From an uncultured Bacteroidales bacterium (lineage in GTDB: Bacteria; Bacteroidota; Bacteroidia; Bacteroidales; UBA932), in contig CALBPX010000061.1 in assembly GCA_937899055.1 (NCBI GenBank), positions 48,294 through 112,293 on the forward strand: DNA of 64,000 nucleotides, read 5' to 3'. The number at the start of each line of letters is the position of its first letter. The first letter of the stretch is position 1. Below the pieces are notes generated by a model. That model searched no databases. It worked only from the letters and a program-made list of their open reading frames with translations, and had not been told where the DNA came from. The translations under genes were made by a program, and so were the position numbers. Below, piece by piece: positions 27,375 to 37,635 of the stretch.

Positions 27375-29756
27375 ATGAGAGTTTTTGTCATTGCCATTGC
27401 AGCAGCCCTGCTTTCTTTTGTCAGCGCAGGCGCCCAGGACACACTGCCCGCCAAGGGCCGTCATGGCGTGGGGCTTGTGCTGAGCGGCGGAGGGGCCAAG
27501 GGCCTTTCTCACATAGGGGTGATAAAAGCTTTGGAAGAGAACAATATTCCCATAGACTATATCTGCGGAACCTCAATGGGGGCTATAATCGGGGGGCTCT
27601 ATGCCATGGGTTATACTCCCGAAGAGATGCTGGAGTTTGTCAAATCGCCTGCGTTCATTGCCTGGAGCAAGGGTAAAGCGGAGATTCCATACGCCGAATC
27701 GTTCTACAAGGGAGACCCTGAACCTGCCATGGCAACCCTTGCCATGGGTTCGCTGAGGAAAATGACAGGCGATACAACCAAGAGGTTTCAGGTAGCTTTG
27801 CCTACTTCGCTGATTTCCACATATCCTATGGATATTGCTGTTCTGGAACTGATGGCTCCGGCCAGCCGTGCCTGCGGCTTTGATTTTGACAGCCTGATGG
27901 TGCCGTTCTTCTGCATAAGCGCAGACGTGAACAACCGGACTCAGAAAGTTGAGCGTTCCGGCTATCTGGGCAAGGCAATCAGGGCGTCTATGTCTATACC
28001 CCTGGTCTTCAAACCAGTTTATGATCAGGGCAACCTTCTTTACGACGGAGGAATATACAACAACTTCCCCTGGAAGGAAATGGAAGAATACTACAGCCCG
28101 GAATTCATCATAGGTTCTGACTGTTCTCCCGGAAACTACAACATGGACGAGGAAAATGCAATGTCGCTGCTGATGGGGCTTCTGGTAAGCAACAGCAGTT
28201 ACGATATTCCGGACTCTCTGGGTATGGTTATCAAGGGGAGTTACGACGCTTTTGGGGCTATGGAGTTTGGCCGTGCAGACGAAATATCAAAGCTCGGCTA
28301 TGAACTGGCCCTGAGCAATATAGACAAGATCCGCCAAAAGACATCCGGAAGGGTTTCTTCAGAAGAAATAGCCTCCAAACGGCAATCGTTCAAGCAGAAG
28401 CTGCAACCGGTGCGCTTCAGCCAGGATATTGTGGTAACCGGAGATATTCCGGCCCAGGCGGCAAGGTTCGTCCGCAGGACCATCCGCCAAGACCGCAGAG
28501 AAAACTTCGGCTATCCTCAGCTGATGAAGGGCTATTACAGAATCATTCAAAGCGGCGTGGTAAATACATTCTATCCGGATTTGCTTCTGGATGCGGAGCA
28601 AAACCCGGACTTTGCAAAAGACTCCGTCTTTACCCTCAACATCAGGGCTACCAAGGCCCATCCCCTGAAACTCAGCGTTGGCGGCAACACATCTTCGTCT
28701 TCTCTGAACCAGGTGTTTCTGGGGGCGGAATACATTCATCCCGGAATGAATCCGTGGAGGGCCAAGCTCAGCGTGAATGCCGGGAAATATTACAGGGGCA
28801 TCAGAACCTATTTCCGTCACGATATAGGAGTAAAGCCACTGGCTTATTACTTTGCGGATTTTACCGCTCATCAGTTTGATTTCTATAACGGCAATCAGAA
28901 TATTCTCAGGACCAACAAACTTCCTCAGAACATCCAGTTCAAGGAGTTCTTCGGCAGAATAGGCATTGCAACCCCTATATCGCTGAGGCACAATATAATA
29001 GCCCAGGGAGGCTTTGATATAGGCAGAAGCTATCACAGTTTTTATCTGAACGAAGAGTTCCTGTCTTCAGACAGGCCCGACCGTGGAAGCGTATTCTTTG
29101 TTGTTCCCAAGGCGGTAGTAAGGAAGAATACCCTCAACTATGTTTTGTACCCCACGGCAGGTGAGTTATGGCTGGGCTCGTCGAGGTTTACCTTTGCCAA
29201 CGAGGAATATGTTCCGGGTTCGGCCAACCTGACCGCAGAAAAGGTCAAAGGCAAAAAGCATATATTTCCGTCTGTAAAGATGAGCGGCCAAGGTTATCTG
29301 GATCTTGGTAAGTCCTTTTCACTTGGATTCTCTGCCGAAATTGCCGCAGGACGCAAGGGTAAGTTTTCCAACTATTATTCTAACCTGTTTGAAATGCTGG
29401 TCTATCAGCCGGTTCCGCATTCTACAACTCTGCTCATGGAGGGTTACAGGGCAAACAGCTATCTTGGATGGGCTCTGCACCCCGTACTGAAATTCACAGA
29501 CAAATTCTACTTGCATACAACGGCATCATATTTTCAGGCATACAGAGACATCATAAAGAATCCTGACGGCTGGAGTTTCCACTATTCTGAAAAACTGCCC
29601 ACCGGCCACTGGATAGCAAACGCAGCCCTTGTATGGCAAAGTCCCATAGGCCCCGTTTCTCTGTCTGCAACCTATTACAGCTTTGGAGAATACAAATGGT
29701 ATCCACAGCTGAACATAGGACTGCTTCTGTTCAACAAGAAATCTATGGAAGACTAG
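27375..29756 (+). CDS. patatin-like phospholipase with C-terminal outer-membrane beta-barrel-like region
   Basis: LVLSGGGAKGLSHIGV (oxyanion GGxK/R), GTSMGA (GxSxG) and DGG motifs. Long aromatic-rich C-terminal half. Alternative start 27345. Confidence 0.8.
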   Translation: MRVFVIAIAAALLSFVSAGAQDTLPAKGRHGVGLVLSGGGAKGLSHIGVIKALEENNIPIDYICGTSMGAIIGGLYAMGYTPEEMLEFVKSPAFIAWSKGKAEIPYAESFYKGDPEPAMATLAMGSLRKMTGDTTKRFQVALPTSLISTYPMDIAVLELMAPASRACGFDFDSLMVPFFCISADVNNRTQKVERSGYLGKAIRASMSIPLVFKPVYDQGNLLYDGGIYNNFPWKEMEEYYSPEFIIGSDCSPGNYNMDEENAMSLLMGLLVSNSSYDIPDSLGMVIKGSYDAFGAMEFGRADEISKLGYELALSNIDKIRQKTSGRVSSEEIASKRQSFKQKLQPVRFSQDIVVTGDIPAQAARFVRRTIRQDRRENFGYPQLMKGYYRIIQSGVVNTFYPDLLLDAEQNPDFAKDSVFTLNIRATKAHPLKLSVGGNTSSSSLNQVFLGAEYIHPGMNPWRAKLSVNAGKYYRGIRTYFRHDIGVKPLAYYFADFTAHQFDFYNGNQNILRTNKLPQNIQFKEFFGRIGIATPISLRHNIIAQGGFDIGRSYHSFYLNEEFLSSDRPDRGSVFFVVPKAVVRKNTLNYVLYPTAGELWLGSSRFTFANEEYVPGSANLTAEKVKGKKHIFPSVKMSGQGYLDLGKSFSLGFSAEIAAGRKGKFSNYYSNLFEMLVYQPVPHSTTLLMEGYRANSYLGWALHPVLKFTDKFYLHTTASYFQAYRDIIKNPDGWSFHYSEKLPTGHWIANAALVWQSPIGPVSLSATYYSFGEYKWYPQLNIGLLLFNKKSMED

Positions 29757-29757
29757 T

Positions 29758-31317
29758 ATGGCAAATCCTCTTAAGAAACTTGCGGGCGAAACCGCCATAT
29801 ATGGCCTGAGTACCATTCTGGCCAGAATCATAAATTTCTTCTTTGTTCCAATCTATACCAGGATCCTGACTACCGACGGCTATGGCTCTTACGCTGAAAT
29901 AATGTCTTACATTGCGGTATTCCAGGTAGTTCTGGTTCTGGGTCTGGAAACCGGTTGCTTCAAGTTTGCCTCCAGGGGAACAACTTCCGCCGCAGCCGAC
30001 GACGGAAAGTCCGACAACCCTCATACCGTCTTTTCCACGGCTCTATCCACAGTAGCCACCTTGTCGGTATTTTTCTTTGCCGCCTGTTGGCTTTTTGGTG
30101 GAAACATTTCCTCAGCGATGGGATATCCGGGGTATTCAAAGATGATTGTCTATGTGGGCGGAATACTTGCATTGGATGCCGTTACGGCCATATTGTTTGC
30201 CCGCCTGAGATATCAGCAGAAAGCCCTCAAGTTTGCCCTTTTCAAGTCTATAAAGATAATCAGCGAACTGGGGTTCAACCTTCTGCTTTTCTTTGTGGTT
30301 CCAAAGTACATGGCCTCCCATCCGGGTAATTTCCTTACGGCTTTCATTCCTGAACAGATACACTTTTCCTACATCATATTTGCGGTCTTTCTGAGTTGCA
30401 TCCTGTGCTTCCTGCTTTTCATTCCGGACCTTCTGAAGATAAAGTTCTCCTTCAGCTCCAACCTTTGGAAGCGGATGATGATATATTCCATTCCGCTGAT
30501 GATAGCCAACCTGCCCGGAATCATCAACGAGAGTGCAGACAGGTTCCTGTTCAGGTTCCTTGTAGGAGAAGGCATTACCGGAGAAGGCTGGAAGGCGGAC
30601 CTGGGCGTTTATCAGGCGGCCATAAAGCTGGCTGTGATAATGAACCTTTTCATTCAGATGTTCCGTTATGCGGCGGAACCGTTCTTCTTTTCAAGATATA
30701 AAGAAAAGGGTTCAAACGAACTGTACGCCAAGGTAATGGAGTACTTTGTGGCCTTCTGTATGCTGATATTTTTGGGCATAGTCTTTTATATGGATATCCT
30801 GGGGCTGATTCTGGGCAAGGATTTCCGCAGCGCCCTGGGAACGGTTCCGGTAATGCTGATTGCATACATGGTGCTTGGTATGCTGTTTAACGTATCTATG
30901 TGGTACAAACTGAGCGGTCAGACAAAGTATGCCGTGGTAATTACCTTGTTGGGGCTGGGTGTTACAATAGTGGGCAACCTGATTTTCATGCCGCTGTTCT
31001 CTTACTGGGCTTCCGTGTGGGTTCATTTGGCAAGCTGTGTTGCAATGCTGCTTCTGAGCGCATATCTGGGGCAGAAATACTATCCCATACCTTACAGGTG
31101 GAAGCAGATTCTTTCATACATAGCTGCCGGAGTTTTGCTCTACATAGTGGCTGTGGCACTGCAGCTGGCTCTGGAAAAGGTTACAGGCCGTACGGCCGGA
31201 ACGGGCGATGTTCCTATGCTGATTGTAAAACTGGCAGTAAATACTCTGCTGCTGGGAGTGTTCCTGGTTTTCCTGCAAAAGAAAACCCATGTCCTCTCAT
31301 CGCTGAGGAAGAAATGA
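29758..31317 (+). CDS. MOP-superfamily polysaccharide/oligosaccharide flippase
   Basis: 519 aa, about 14 TM helices. N-terminus KKLAGETAIYGLSTILARIINFFFVPIYTR is typical of Wzx-like polysaccharide biosynthesis proteins. Confidence 0.7.
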   Translation: MANPLKKLAGETAIYGLSTILARIINFFFVPIYTRILTTDGYGSYAEIMSYIAVFQVVLVLGLETGCFKFASRGTTSAAADDGKSDNPHTVFSTALSTVATLSVFFFAACWLFGGNISSAMGYPGYSKMIVYVGGILALDAVTAILFARLRYQQKALKFALFKSIKIISELGFNLLLFFVVPKYMASHPGNFLTAFIPEQIHFSYIIFAVFLSCILCFLLFIPDLLKIKFSFSSNLWKRMMIYSIPLMIANLPGIINESADRFLFRFLVGEGITGEGWKADLGVYQAAIKLAVIMNLFIQMFRYAAEPFFFSRYKEKGSNELYAKVMEYFVAFCMLIFLGIVFYMDILGLILGKDFRSALGTVPVMLIAYMVLGMLFNVSMWYKLSGQTKYAVVITLLGLGVTIVGNLIFMPLFSYWASVWVHLASCVAMLLLSAYLGQKYYPIPYRWKQILSYIAAGVLLYIVAVALQLALEKVTGRTAGTGDVPMLIVKLAVNTLLLGVFLVFLQKKTHVLSSLRKK

Positions 31318-31353
31318 CAACATAAAGACAATAAAGGATTTATATAACTTGAG

Positions 31354-33225
31354 ATGATAGTAAAGATAGTAAACCAGTCTTCTTATCCGCTGCCCAAATA
31401 TGCTACGGCTCTTTCGGCAGGAATGGATCTTAACGCCAACATTGACGAACCCATAGAACTGAAATCGCTTGAGAGGGCTATTGTTCCCACCGGCCTGTTC
31501 ATAGAACTGCCGCAGGGGTATGAAGCCCAGATCCGTCCCAGAAGCGGCCTGGCAGCCAAGCACGGCATTACGGTAGCCAACGCCCCCGGCACCATAGACG
31601 CAGACTATCGCGGAGAAATAAAAGTAATATTGGTAAACCTGTCCAAGGAAACCTTTGTCATAAAACCGGGCGAGAGGATTGCACAGATGGTTATAGCCAA
31701 ATATCAGCAGATTCAGTGGCAGCAGGTGGAGAAACTTTCGGAAACCCTCCGGGGCGAAGGCGGCTTTGGTTCAACGGGGCTGGGAGTAAAGGTCAGCAAT
31801 CTTTCCGTATCCAAGATAACCAACAAGGAAGGCAAGCCGGATATTTACAGGCTTTATGCTCTCTACCAGAAAACAAGCGGCCTGTGTACGGATACCCGCA
31901 AGATTCAGCCGGGCTGCATGTTCCTGGCCCTGAGAGGCGAAACCTTTGACGGCAACGACTTTCTGATGCAGGCCCTGGACGGAGGAGCCGCTTTTGCAGT
32001 TTCGGACAACAAGCAGAAGGCCGCCGCCGCCAAGAAGAAATACCCCAGGAAGGTAATCGTGGTTGACAGCACTCTTAAGACATTGCAGCAACTGGCCAAA
32101 CATCATCGTCTGCAGTTCAAGATACCGGTTCTGGCTCTGACCGGAACCAACGGCAAAACCACTACCAAAGAACTTATAAACGCCGTTCTTTCTGCAAGAT
32201 ACAAGACGGTTGCCACCGAGGGCAATCTCAATAACGACATAGGAGTTCCTCTGACTCTGCTGCGCATAGACAAAGACACGGAAGTTGCAGTTGTGGAAAT
32301 GGGGGCTTCCCACCCCGGCGACATATCCACTCTGGTTCAGCTTGTCTGTCCGTCTTTTGGCCTTATTACCAGCATAGGCAAGGCTCATCTTCAGGGCTTT
32401 GGCTCACTTGAGGGAGTAATGGCCGCCAAAGGCGAACTCTACGACAATCTTCAGGAACACAAAAAGATAGCTTTTGTAAACACAGACAATCCTCTGCTTG
32501 TGCAGATGGCTTCCAAGAGGCCGGACCTGCAGATTGTTCCCTACGGAATCACAAGCAACAGCGCACATCTTCTGCCCAATACAGACAAGGATCCTTTCCT
32601 GAAGCTTGAGATTGCAGACCCTTCCGGCAGCCATAGCGGCAGGATGATAAAGATAAAGACCAATCTGATAGGAAGTTACAATGCCGATAATGTTCTGGCC
32701 GCCATAAGTGTAGGCACATACTTTGCCATACCTACTTCGGAGGCGGTAAAGGCAATTTCAGACTACAAGCCCTCCAACAACCGCTCTCAGATGGCAAAAA
32801 CCCGTCATAACATACTCATCAAAGATACCTACAACGCAAATCCCACCAGCATGAAGGCATCGCTTGAGAGTTTTGCCGCTCTTGAACTTTCCAGCCGCAG
32901 GTTTTCCAAGGTAATGCTACTCGGCGATATGCGTGAACTTGGCAAGGAATCTCAGAAGGAACACCGCAACATTCTGGATGTGGCTCTCAGGTTCCTTCCC
33001 GAGAAGCTGCTTCTGGTAGGTGAGGAGTTTGCCGCCGCCTACAAATATCTGTACAGCAAGAACGCAGAATGTATCAAAGTGTCCAGGGGACATACGGAGG
33101 TACTGCTTTTTGAAAACACTCCGGCTCTTGCGGTTTATCTGAAGGACAACCCTCAGAAGAACAAGGCCGTACTCATCAAGGGCTCGCATTCCGTAGGCCT
33201 GGAGAAGATATTTGACCTGTTGTAG
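31354..33225 (+). CDS. dut/murF: single ORF: complete dUTP diphosphatase (aa 1-142) fused in frame to UDP-MurNAc-tripeptide--D-Ala-D-Ala ligase MurF (aa ~164-623)
   Basis: Dut motifs: [33 protein letters not shown]. After a 21-aa linker, MurF motifs: [82 protein letters not shown]. Confidence 0.85.
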   Translation: MIVKIVNQSSYPLPKYATALSAGMDLNANIDEPIELKSLERAIVPTGLFIELPQGYEAQIRPRSGLAAKHGITVANAPGTIDADYRGEIKVILVNLSKETFVIKPGERIAQMVIAKYQQIQWQQVEKLSETLRGEGGFGSTGLGVKVSNLSVSKITNKEGKPDIYRLYALYQKTSGLCTDTRKIQPGCMFLALRGETFDGNDFLMQALDGGAAFAVSDNKQKAAAAKKKYPRKVIVVDSTLKTLQQLAKHHRLQFKIPVLALTGTNGKTTTKELINAVLSARYKTVATEGNLNNDIGVPLTLLRIDKDTEVAVVEMGASHPGDISTLVQLVCPSFGLITSIGKAHLQGFGSLEGVMAAKGELYDNLQEHKKIAFVNTDNPLLVQMASKRPDLQIVPYGITSNSAHLLPNTDKDPFLKLEIADPSGSHSGRMIKIKTNLIGSYNADNVLAAISVGTYFAIPTSEAVKAISDYKPSNNRSQMAKTRHNILIKDTYNANPTSMKASLESFAALELSSRRFSKVMLLGDMRELGKESQKEHRNILDVALRFLPEKLLLVGEEFAAAYKYLYSKNAECIKVSRGHTEVLLFENTPALAVYLKDNPQKNKAVLIKGSHSVGLEKIFDLL

Positions 33226-33256
33226 CCCTAAAATTTGCGGGCTTTGAAACTTTTAC

Positions 33257-33264
33257 TATATTTG
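33257..33264 (+). promoter_or_regulatory. -7 box TATATTTG for rpsP-rimM
   Basis: Exact consensus 63 nt before the rpsP ATG. A CCTTTCT/AGAAAGG 7-bp hairpin (33269..33287) lies in the leader. Confidence 0.5.
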
Positions 33265-33327
33265 CAACCCTTTCTCGGGTAGAAAGGACAAGTAACAATT
33301 ACTTTAAACAATTAAAAACTCACAGTT

Positions 33328-33897
33328 ATGTCTGTAAAAATCCGTCTTTCACGTTTTGGAAAGAAGAATTATGCCTTCTTCCATATCACAGCTACTGACG
33401 TCAGGGCTCCGCGTGACAGCCGTTTTATTGAGCTTTTGGGATCCTATGATCCTAACACCAATCCGGCTACCATCGTCCTGAATGTTGACAGAGCAGTTTA
33501 CTGGCTCCAGAACGGTGCCCAGCCAACCACAACCGCAAGAAGAATCCTCTCTTACAAGGGTGCGCTTCTGAAGAAACACCTTGCAGAGGGTGTAAAGAAA
33601 GGTGCTCTCACTCAGGAGCAGGCCGATGCCAAGTTCAATGCATGGGTTGCAGAGAAAGAGGCTAAGGTTGCCAAGAAGGTAGAGAGCCTTAAAGTTTCAA
33701 AGGCCGATGCAAAGAAGGCCGCAGTTGAGGCTGAAAGCAAGGTTAACGCTGCCAGGGCAGAGGAGCTTGCAAAGAAGAAGGCCGAGGCTGAAAAGGCTGC
33801 TGAAGAGGCTCGCAAGGCTGCTGAGGCTGAGGCCAAGGCTGCTGAGGAGGCTGCTACTGCAGAGGCTGCTCCTGCAGAAGAAGCAAAGGCTGAATAA
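33328..33897 (+). CDS. rpsP: 30S ribosomal protein S16 with ~100 aa Ala/Lys/Glu-rich C-terminal extension
   Basis: MSVKIRLSRFGKKNYAFFHITATDVRAPRDSRFIELLGSYDP core, followed by a low-complexity AEKAAEEARKAAEAEAKAAEE tail. Confidence 0.93.
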   Translation: MSVKIRLSRFGKKNYAFFHITATDVRAPRDSRFIELLGSYDPNTNPATIVLNVDRAVYWLQNGAQPTTTARRILSYKGALLKKHLAEGVKKGALTQEQADAKFNAWVAEKEAKVAKKVESLKVSKADAKKAAVEAESKVNAARAEELAKKKAEAEKAAEEARKAAEAEAKAAEEAATAEAAPAEEAKAE

Positions 33898-33936
33898 TTT
33901 AGCATCGCTGAGAGTTCAGCCAAACCGTCCCTGTCC

Positions 33937-34461
33937 ATGCAACTTTCTTTGTGCGCCCAGATAGCCAAGACCTACGGCAAAGAGGGAGAAATCCTTCTCA
34001 GAGTTGAGTCTGACAGATTTTCTGAGTTGCTTGAAGAGGCTGAAGAGGTTGTACATGGCAAGGAGAAAATTTCTAAGGAACCGGTGTTCATCTATTTTGA
34101 CGGACTGCCGGTTCCCTTTTTTATTGAGTCCGTCCATCACAGATCCAACAACGCCTGGGTGGTGACCTTTTCCACCATCCGCGATCTTTCCCATGCAGAA
34201 GAAATCGTGGGCAGAAACCTGTACATTGAATCCGCTGAAGATGATATCTTTAAAGATTTAGACTCTTTGGCAGGTTTTGCAATAATAGGTGAAGACGGGA
34301 AAACGGCCGGCACCGTTTCCAAGGTCCTGGAGTTTCCCGGCAACATCTGTCTTGAGCTCAAGGAACCCCGGGCCCTCATTCCGTTTCATGAAGATCTGAT
34401 CCTGTCTTTCAATCCCGATGAGAAGACCATCGCGATGAAAATTCCCCAAGGCCTGCTGTAA
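33937..34461 (+). CDS. rimM: ribosome maturation factor RimM
   Basis: YGKEGEILLRV N-domain and a PRC-barrel-like C-domain (LAGFAIIGEDGKTAGTVSKVLEFPGNICLEL). Conserved position after rpsP. Confidence 0.85.
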   Translation: MQLSLCAQIAKTYGKEGEILLRVESDRFSELLEEAEEVVHGKEKISKEPVFIYFDGLPVPFFIESVHHRSNNAWVVTFSTIRDLSHAEEIVGRNLYIESAEDDIFKDLDSLAGFAIIGEDGKTAGTVSKVLEFPGNICLELKEPRALIPFHEDLILSFNPDEKTIAMKIPQGLL

Positions 34462-34463
34462 TA

Positions 34464-35420
34464 TCAGAGGCTGCTGAGGTATTTCTTGGGGCTCATTCCG
34501 GTTTCTTTCCTGAAAAATTTTCCAAACGATGACTGGTCCGCAAAGTTCAGGGCTTCTGCGGTCTGCTTGATTGTTGCTCCCGGGGTCCTGAGCATGTTTC
34601 TGGCTCTGACGGCAAGATTCGAAGCCAGCAGTTTTGATGTGCTCCGGCCCGTTTCCTGCTTGCATATCAGAGACAGGTACTGTACGCTTATGAACAGTTT
34701 GCCGGCATAGAAGGATGGGTTGTGCTCCCTTTCTCCGAAAGTTCTGACCAAATCCATAAACTTTGCCAGGAGTTCCTTCTTTCTGACCAGAGGCTTGCCT
34801 TCCAGATTGAGTTCCGTATTTTCAGAAAGGTAGTTCAGGATTTCTATCATTACTATCGAAAGGGAATAGTCTATAAGGTATCCCTTTATTCCCTGCCGTC
34901 TGTCTTTAAGATAATGGTAAAGTATCTGGAAGCTTCCTTCCATTGTAGCAAAAGTATCCTTCTCCAGAATAAAGAACGGTTTCCTGAAAAAATCCACAAA
35001 GGAAGGGGTGACCGGAACCACGATGTTAGGGGTTATGGCTGAGCCGACTCTGTCCAGAATCTCTCTCTTGACCATCAGCAGAAAAAACCTTCCTCCTTCA
35101 GAAATATAGCTTCCGGTAATTGTATTCATCGGTGACAGGATCAGCATTGATTTTTCCGGGATTGTAATGTCGTTGTAATCTATGGAGAGTGTCAGAGAGC
35201 CCTCAAGAATCAGGACCACGGACAAGGCTTCCAGGCGTATAGCGTTGTTTATAAGACTTGAAGACGCTTCTTCAATAGTTTCCTTGTTGAACTCGGAAAT
35301 CTTTATCATGAAAATATCGTCTTTGTAGGCATATCCGCCAATCAGTGCTGCTATCTGTCCGAAATCAGGGTTGATGTCAATTCTCTTTTTCAGCAGAGGA
35401 ATGTCTTTTTTCTTTTGCAT
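34464..35420 (-). CDS. AraC family transcriptional regulator
   Basis: C-terminal double HTH: KFMDLVRTFGEREHNPSFYAGKLFISVQYLSLICKQETG ... IKQTAEALNFADQSSFGKFFRKETGMSPKKY. Confidence 0.85.
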   Translation of the reverse strand: MQKKKDIPLLKKRIDINPDFGQIAALIGGYAYKDDIFMIKISEFNKETIEEASSSLINNAIRLEALSVVLILEGSLTLSIDYNDITIPEKSMLILSPMNTITGSYISEGGRFFLLMVKREILDRVGSAITPNIVVPVTPSFVDFFRKPFFILEKDTFATMEGSFQILYHYLKDRRQGIKGYLIDYSLSIVMIEILNYLSENTELNLEGKPLVRKKELLAKFMDLVRTFGEREHNPSFYAGKLFISVQYLSLICKQETGRSTSKLLASNLAVRARNMLRTPGATIKQTAEALNFADQSSFGKFFRKETGMSPKKYLSSL

Positions 35421-35579
35421 AATCCAACGTTTTCAAATAATGGAGGAGGGCTCCCTCTCTGGTGCAAATTTAGTAATTTGTATAGTTTCAGACTAAAAAT
35501 ATACGAATATTGCCTACAAATGTTTTTAGGATTAGGTGCATCTTTGCACCCGCTTTTCAGAACCGGCAACACTATTACT

Positions 35580-36170
35580 ATGGACAGAAGGGAACAGATA
35601 TTGGAAACAGCTTTCAATGCTTTTACAACCAGAGGAATAAAGGATGTAAAAATGGAAGATGTAGCATCGCTGATGAAAATTTCAAAGAAGACTCTCTATG
35701 AGTTTTTCAGCAGCAAGAAAGATCTTCTTGTGCAGAGTATGAAATATAAATTTCCACAGCTTTTGCAGAAGATAGCCAAGATTACCAAACTCATGCCCAA
35801 TCCTCTGACTGCCATTGTGTTCTGTGCCATAGAAAATGTTAAGTTCTGGAGTGCGTTTTCAGATGCCTTTGTAAGCCAGGTTCAGTCCTTTGAAGAACTA
35901 GGCAGTTTCTGGCAGGAGGTTACGGCCGAGCTTCATGACAAGAGAGATATTTTACTTAGCCGTTGCGTTTCTGAAGGTTACCTCAGAGAGGAAGACGCCA
36001 GCCGCCTGGTTGCAGTTTTTATGAACAACATAAAGGATTTCAAGGAAATCAAGAATCAGAAGGTGTTTCCTTCTCAACTTTGTTTCAATTTGGTAATAAC
36101 GATACTTGCCGGAGTATGTACACAGAGAGGGCGTAAGGTTTTGGACGAACTTAGAGACAATTATAATTGA
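35580..36170 (+). CDS. TetR/AcrR family transcriptional regulator
   Basis: EQILETAFNAFTTRGIKDVKMEDVASLMKISKKTLYEFFSSKKDL is a TetR N-terminal HTH. ATG 35580 (MDRREQ) is preferred over the track start 35415. Confidence 0.85.
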   Translation: MDRREQILETAFNAFTTRGIKDVKMEDVASLMKISKKTLYEFFSSKKDLLVQSMKYKFPQLLQKIAKITKLMPNPLTAIVFCAIENVKFWSAFSDAFVSQVQSFEELGSFWQEVTAELHDKRDILLSRCVSEGYLREEDASRLVAVFMNNIKDFKEIKNQKVFPSQLCFNLVITILAGVCTQRGRKVLDELRDNYN

Positions 36171-36202
36171 GCCTATGGTTCGGAAATATGCTTTTAAGGT
36201 GT

Positions 36203-36210
36203 TATATTTG
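36203..36210 (+). promoter_or_regulatory. -7 box TATATTTG ahead of the TolC-MFP-RND genes
   Basis: Exact consensus in the 55-nt gap after tetR. Confidence 0.4.
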
Positions 36211-36249
36211 GTATTTTGAACAAAAATGGAATATAAAATAGAAAGATAT

Positions 36250-37617
36250 ATGAGAAAGATTCTGAAATTCATGGGGCTGGGAGCGGTGGCGCTGCTGTTT
36301 GCGGCAGACCCTGCTTTTTCGCAGACCGATACCGTTGCCCTTACTCTGAAGGATGCGTGGGATATTGCTCTCAGCAAGTCTCTTACGGTAATGGTTGCAG
36401 ATAAGGAAATTGAGAAGACAGGCTACGAAAAGAAGGGGGCTTATGCCAACCTCTTTCCCAATGTCAGTTTCTCAGGAAGTTACCAGAGGACAATAAAGAA
36501 GCAGACCATGGTCATGAAGATGGGCGAGATGTCCCAGAAAATATCCATGGGTACAGACAACAACATATCCGGAGGTTTCAGTGCCTCCATGCCGCTGGTG
36601 AACGTTGCCCTTTGGAGGAGCCTCGATATTTCAGGAAAGAGCGTGGATCTTGCCGTGGAGCAGGCCCGTCAGAGCCGTCAGGACCTTATCAATCAGGTAG
36701 AGCAGGCTTTCTACACCTGCCTTCTGGCTTCGGATCTCTGCAATGTTTACAAAGAAAACTACAGCAATGCCGAGGAGAACTTCCGCCAGACAAAGGCTAA
36801 GTACGAGAGCGGAAGAGTGGCCAAATACGATATGATAAGGGCCGAGGTCAACATGCAGAATGCAGAGCCCAATGTCTATGACAGTCAGAACAATCTGATG
36901 CTGGCCCTGTGGCAGCTGAAGGCCCTTATGGGAATTAACCTGAACACCAACATCAAGTGTGTGGGCTCTCTTTCGGACTACACCTATCAGATGCAGCAGA
37001 TAGTTATGGCGGCAGATACCATAGATTTGTCGGAAAATTCAACTATCCGGCAGCTGGACATTCAGGAGGATATTCTGGACAAGACTTACCGTATGCAGAT
37101 GGCTCAGTACTATCCTACACTTGCAGCTACAGCCCAGTACAACTGGATATCAATGTCCAACAACCTCAAGATATTCCACTACGACTGGAACCCTTACTCG
37201 GTAGCGGCCCTGAGTCTTCAGATTCCTATTTTCTCCGGACTCCAGAGGCTCAACAATGTGCGCCAGGTAAAGGTTCAGCAGGAGCAGCTCTCACTCCAGA
37301 AAGAAAATGCCAGAAGAGGGCTGGTTGTGGCCGCAAAGCAGAGCCTCAATTCTCTGGAAACCGCGCTCAAGCAGTACAAGGCTGCTAAGGCTACGGTTGA
37401 AGGAGCTCAGACCGGCTATGACATAGCAAAGAAGATGTACGAGGTAGGCCGGGCTACCATACTGGAAGTCAATGACGCCCAGCTTGCACTCCTTCAGTCA
37501 AAACTGAACCTCAGTCAGGCAATCCATTCGTACCTTACCGCCAAGAGTTCTCTTGACCTGATTCTGGGCATTGACCGCACAGAAAAGGAACAGTTTGGAA
37601 AGGTGAACTACAGATAA
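36250..37617 (+). CDS. TolC family outer membrane efflux protein
   Basis: Signal peptide, LTLKDAWDIALSKSLTV, two repeated coiled-coil/barrel halves. Alternative start 36226. Confidence 0.85.
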   Translation: MRKILKFMGLGAVALLFAADPAFSQTDTVALTLKDAWDIALSKSLTVMVADKEIEKTGYEKKGAYANLFPNVSFSGSYQRTIKKQTMVMKMGEMSQKISMGTDNNISGGFSASMPLVNVALWRSLDISGKSVDLAVEQARQSRQDLINQVEQAFYTCLLASDLCNVYKENYSNAEENFRQTKAKYESGRVAKYDMIRAEVNMQNAEPNVYDSQNNLMLALWQLKALMGINLNTNIKCVGSLSDYTYQMQQIVMAADTIDLSENSTIRQLDIQEDILDKTYRMQMAQYYPTLAATAQYNWISMSNNLKIFHYDWNPYSVAALSLQIPIFSGLQRLNNVRQVKVQQEQLSLQKENARRGLVVAAKQSLNSLETALKQYKAAKATVEGAQTGYDIAKKMYEVGRATILEVNDAQLALLQSKLNLSQAIHSYLTAKSSLDLILGIDRTEKEQFGKVNYR

Positions 37618-37635
37618 TTATAAAAGTTAAAATAT

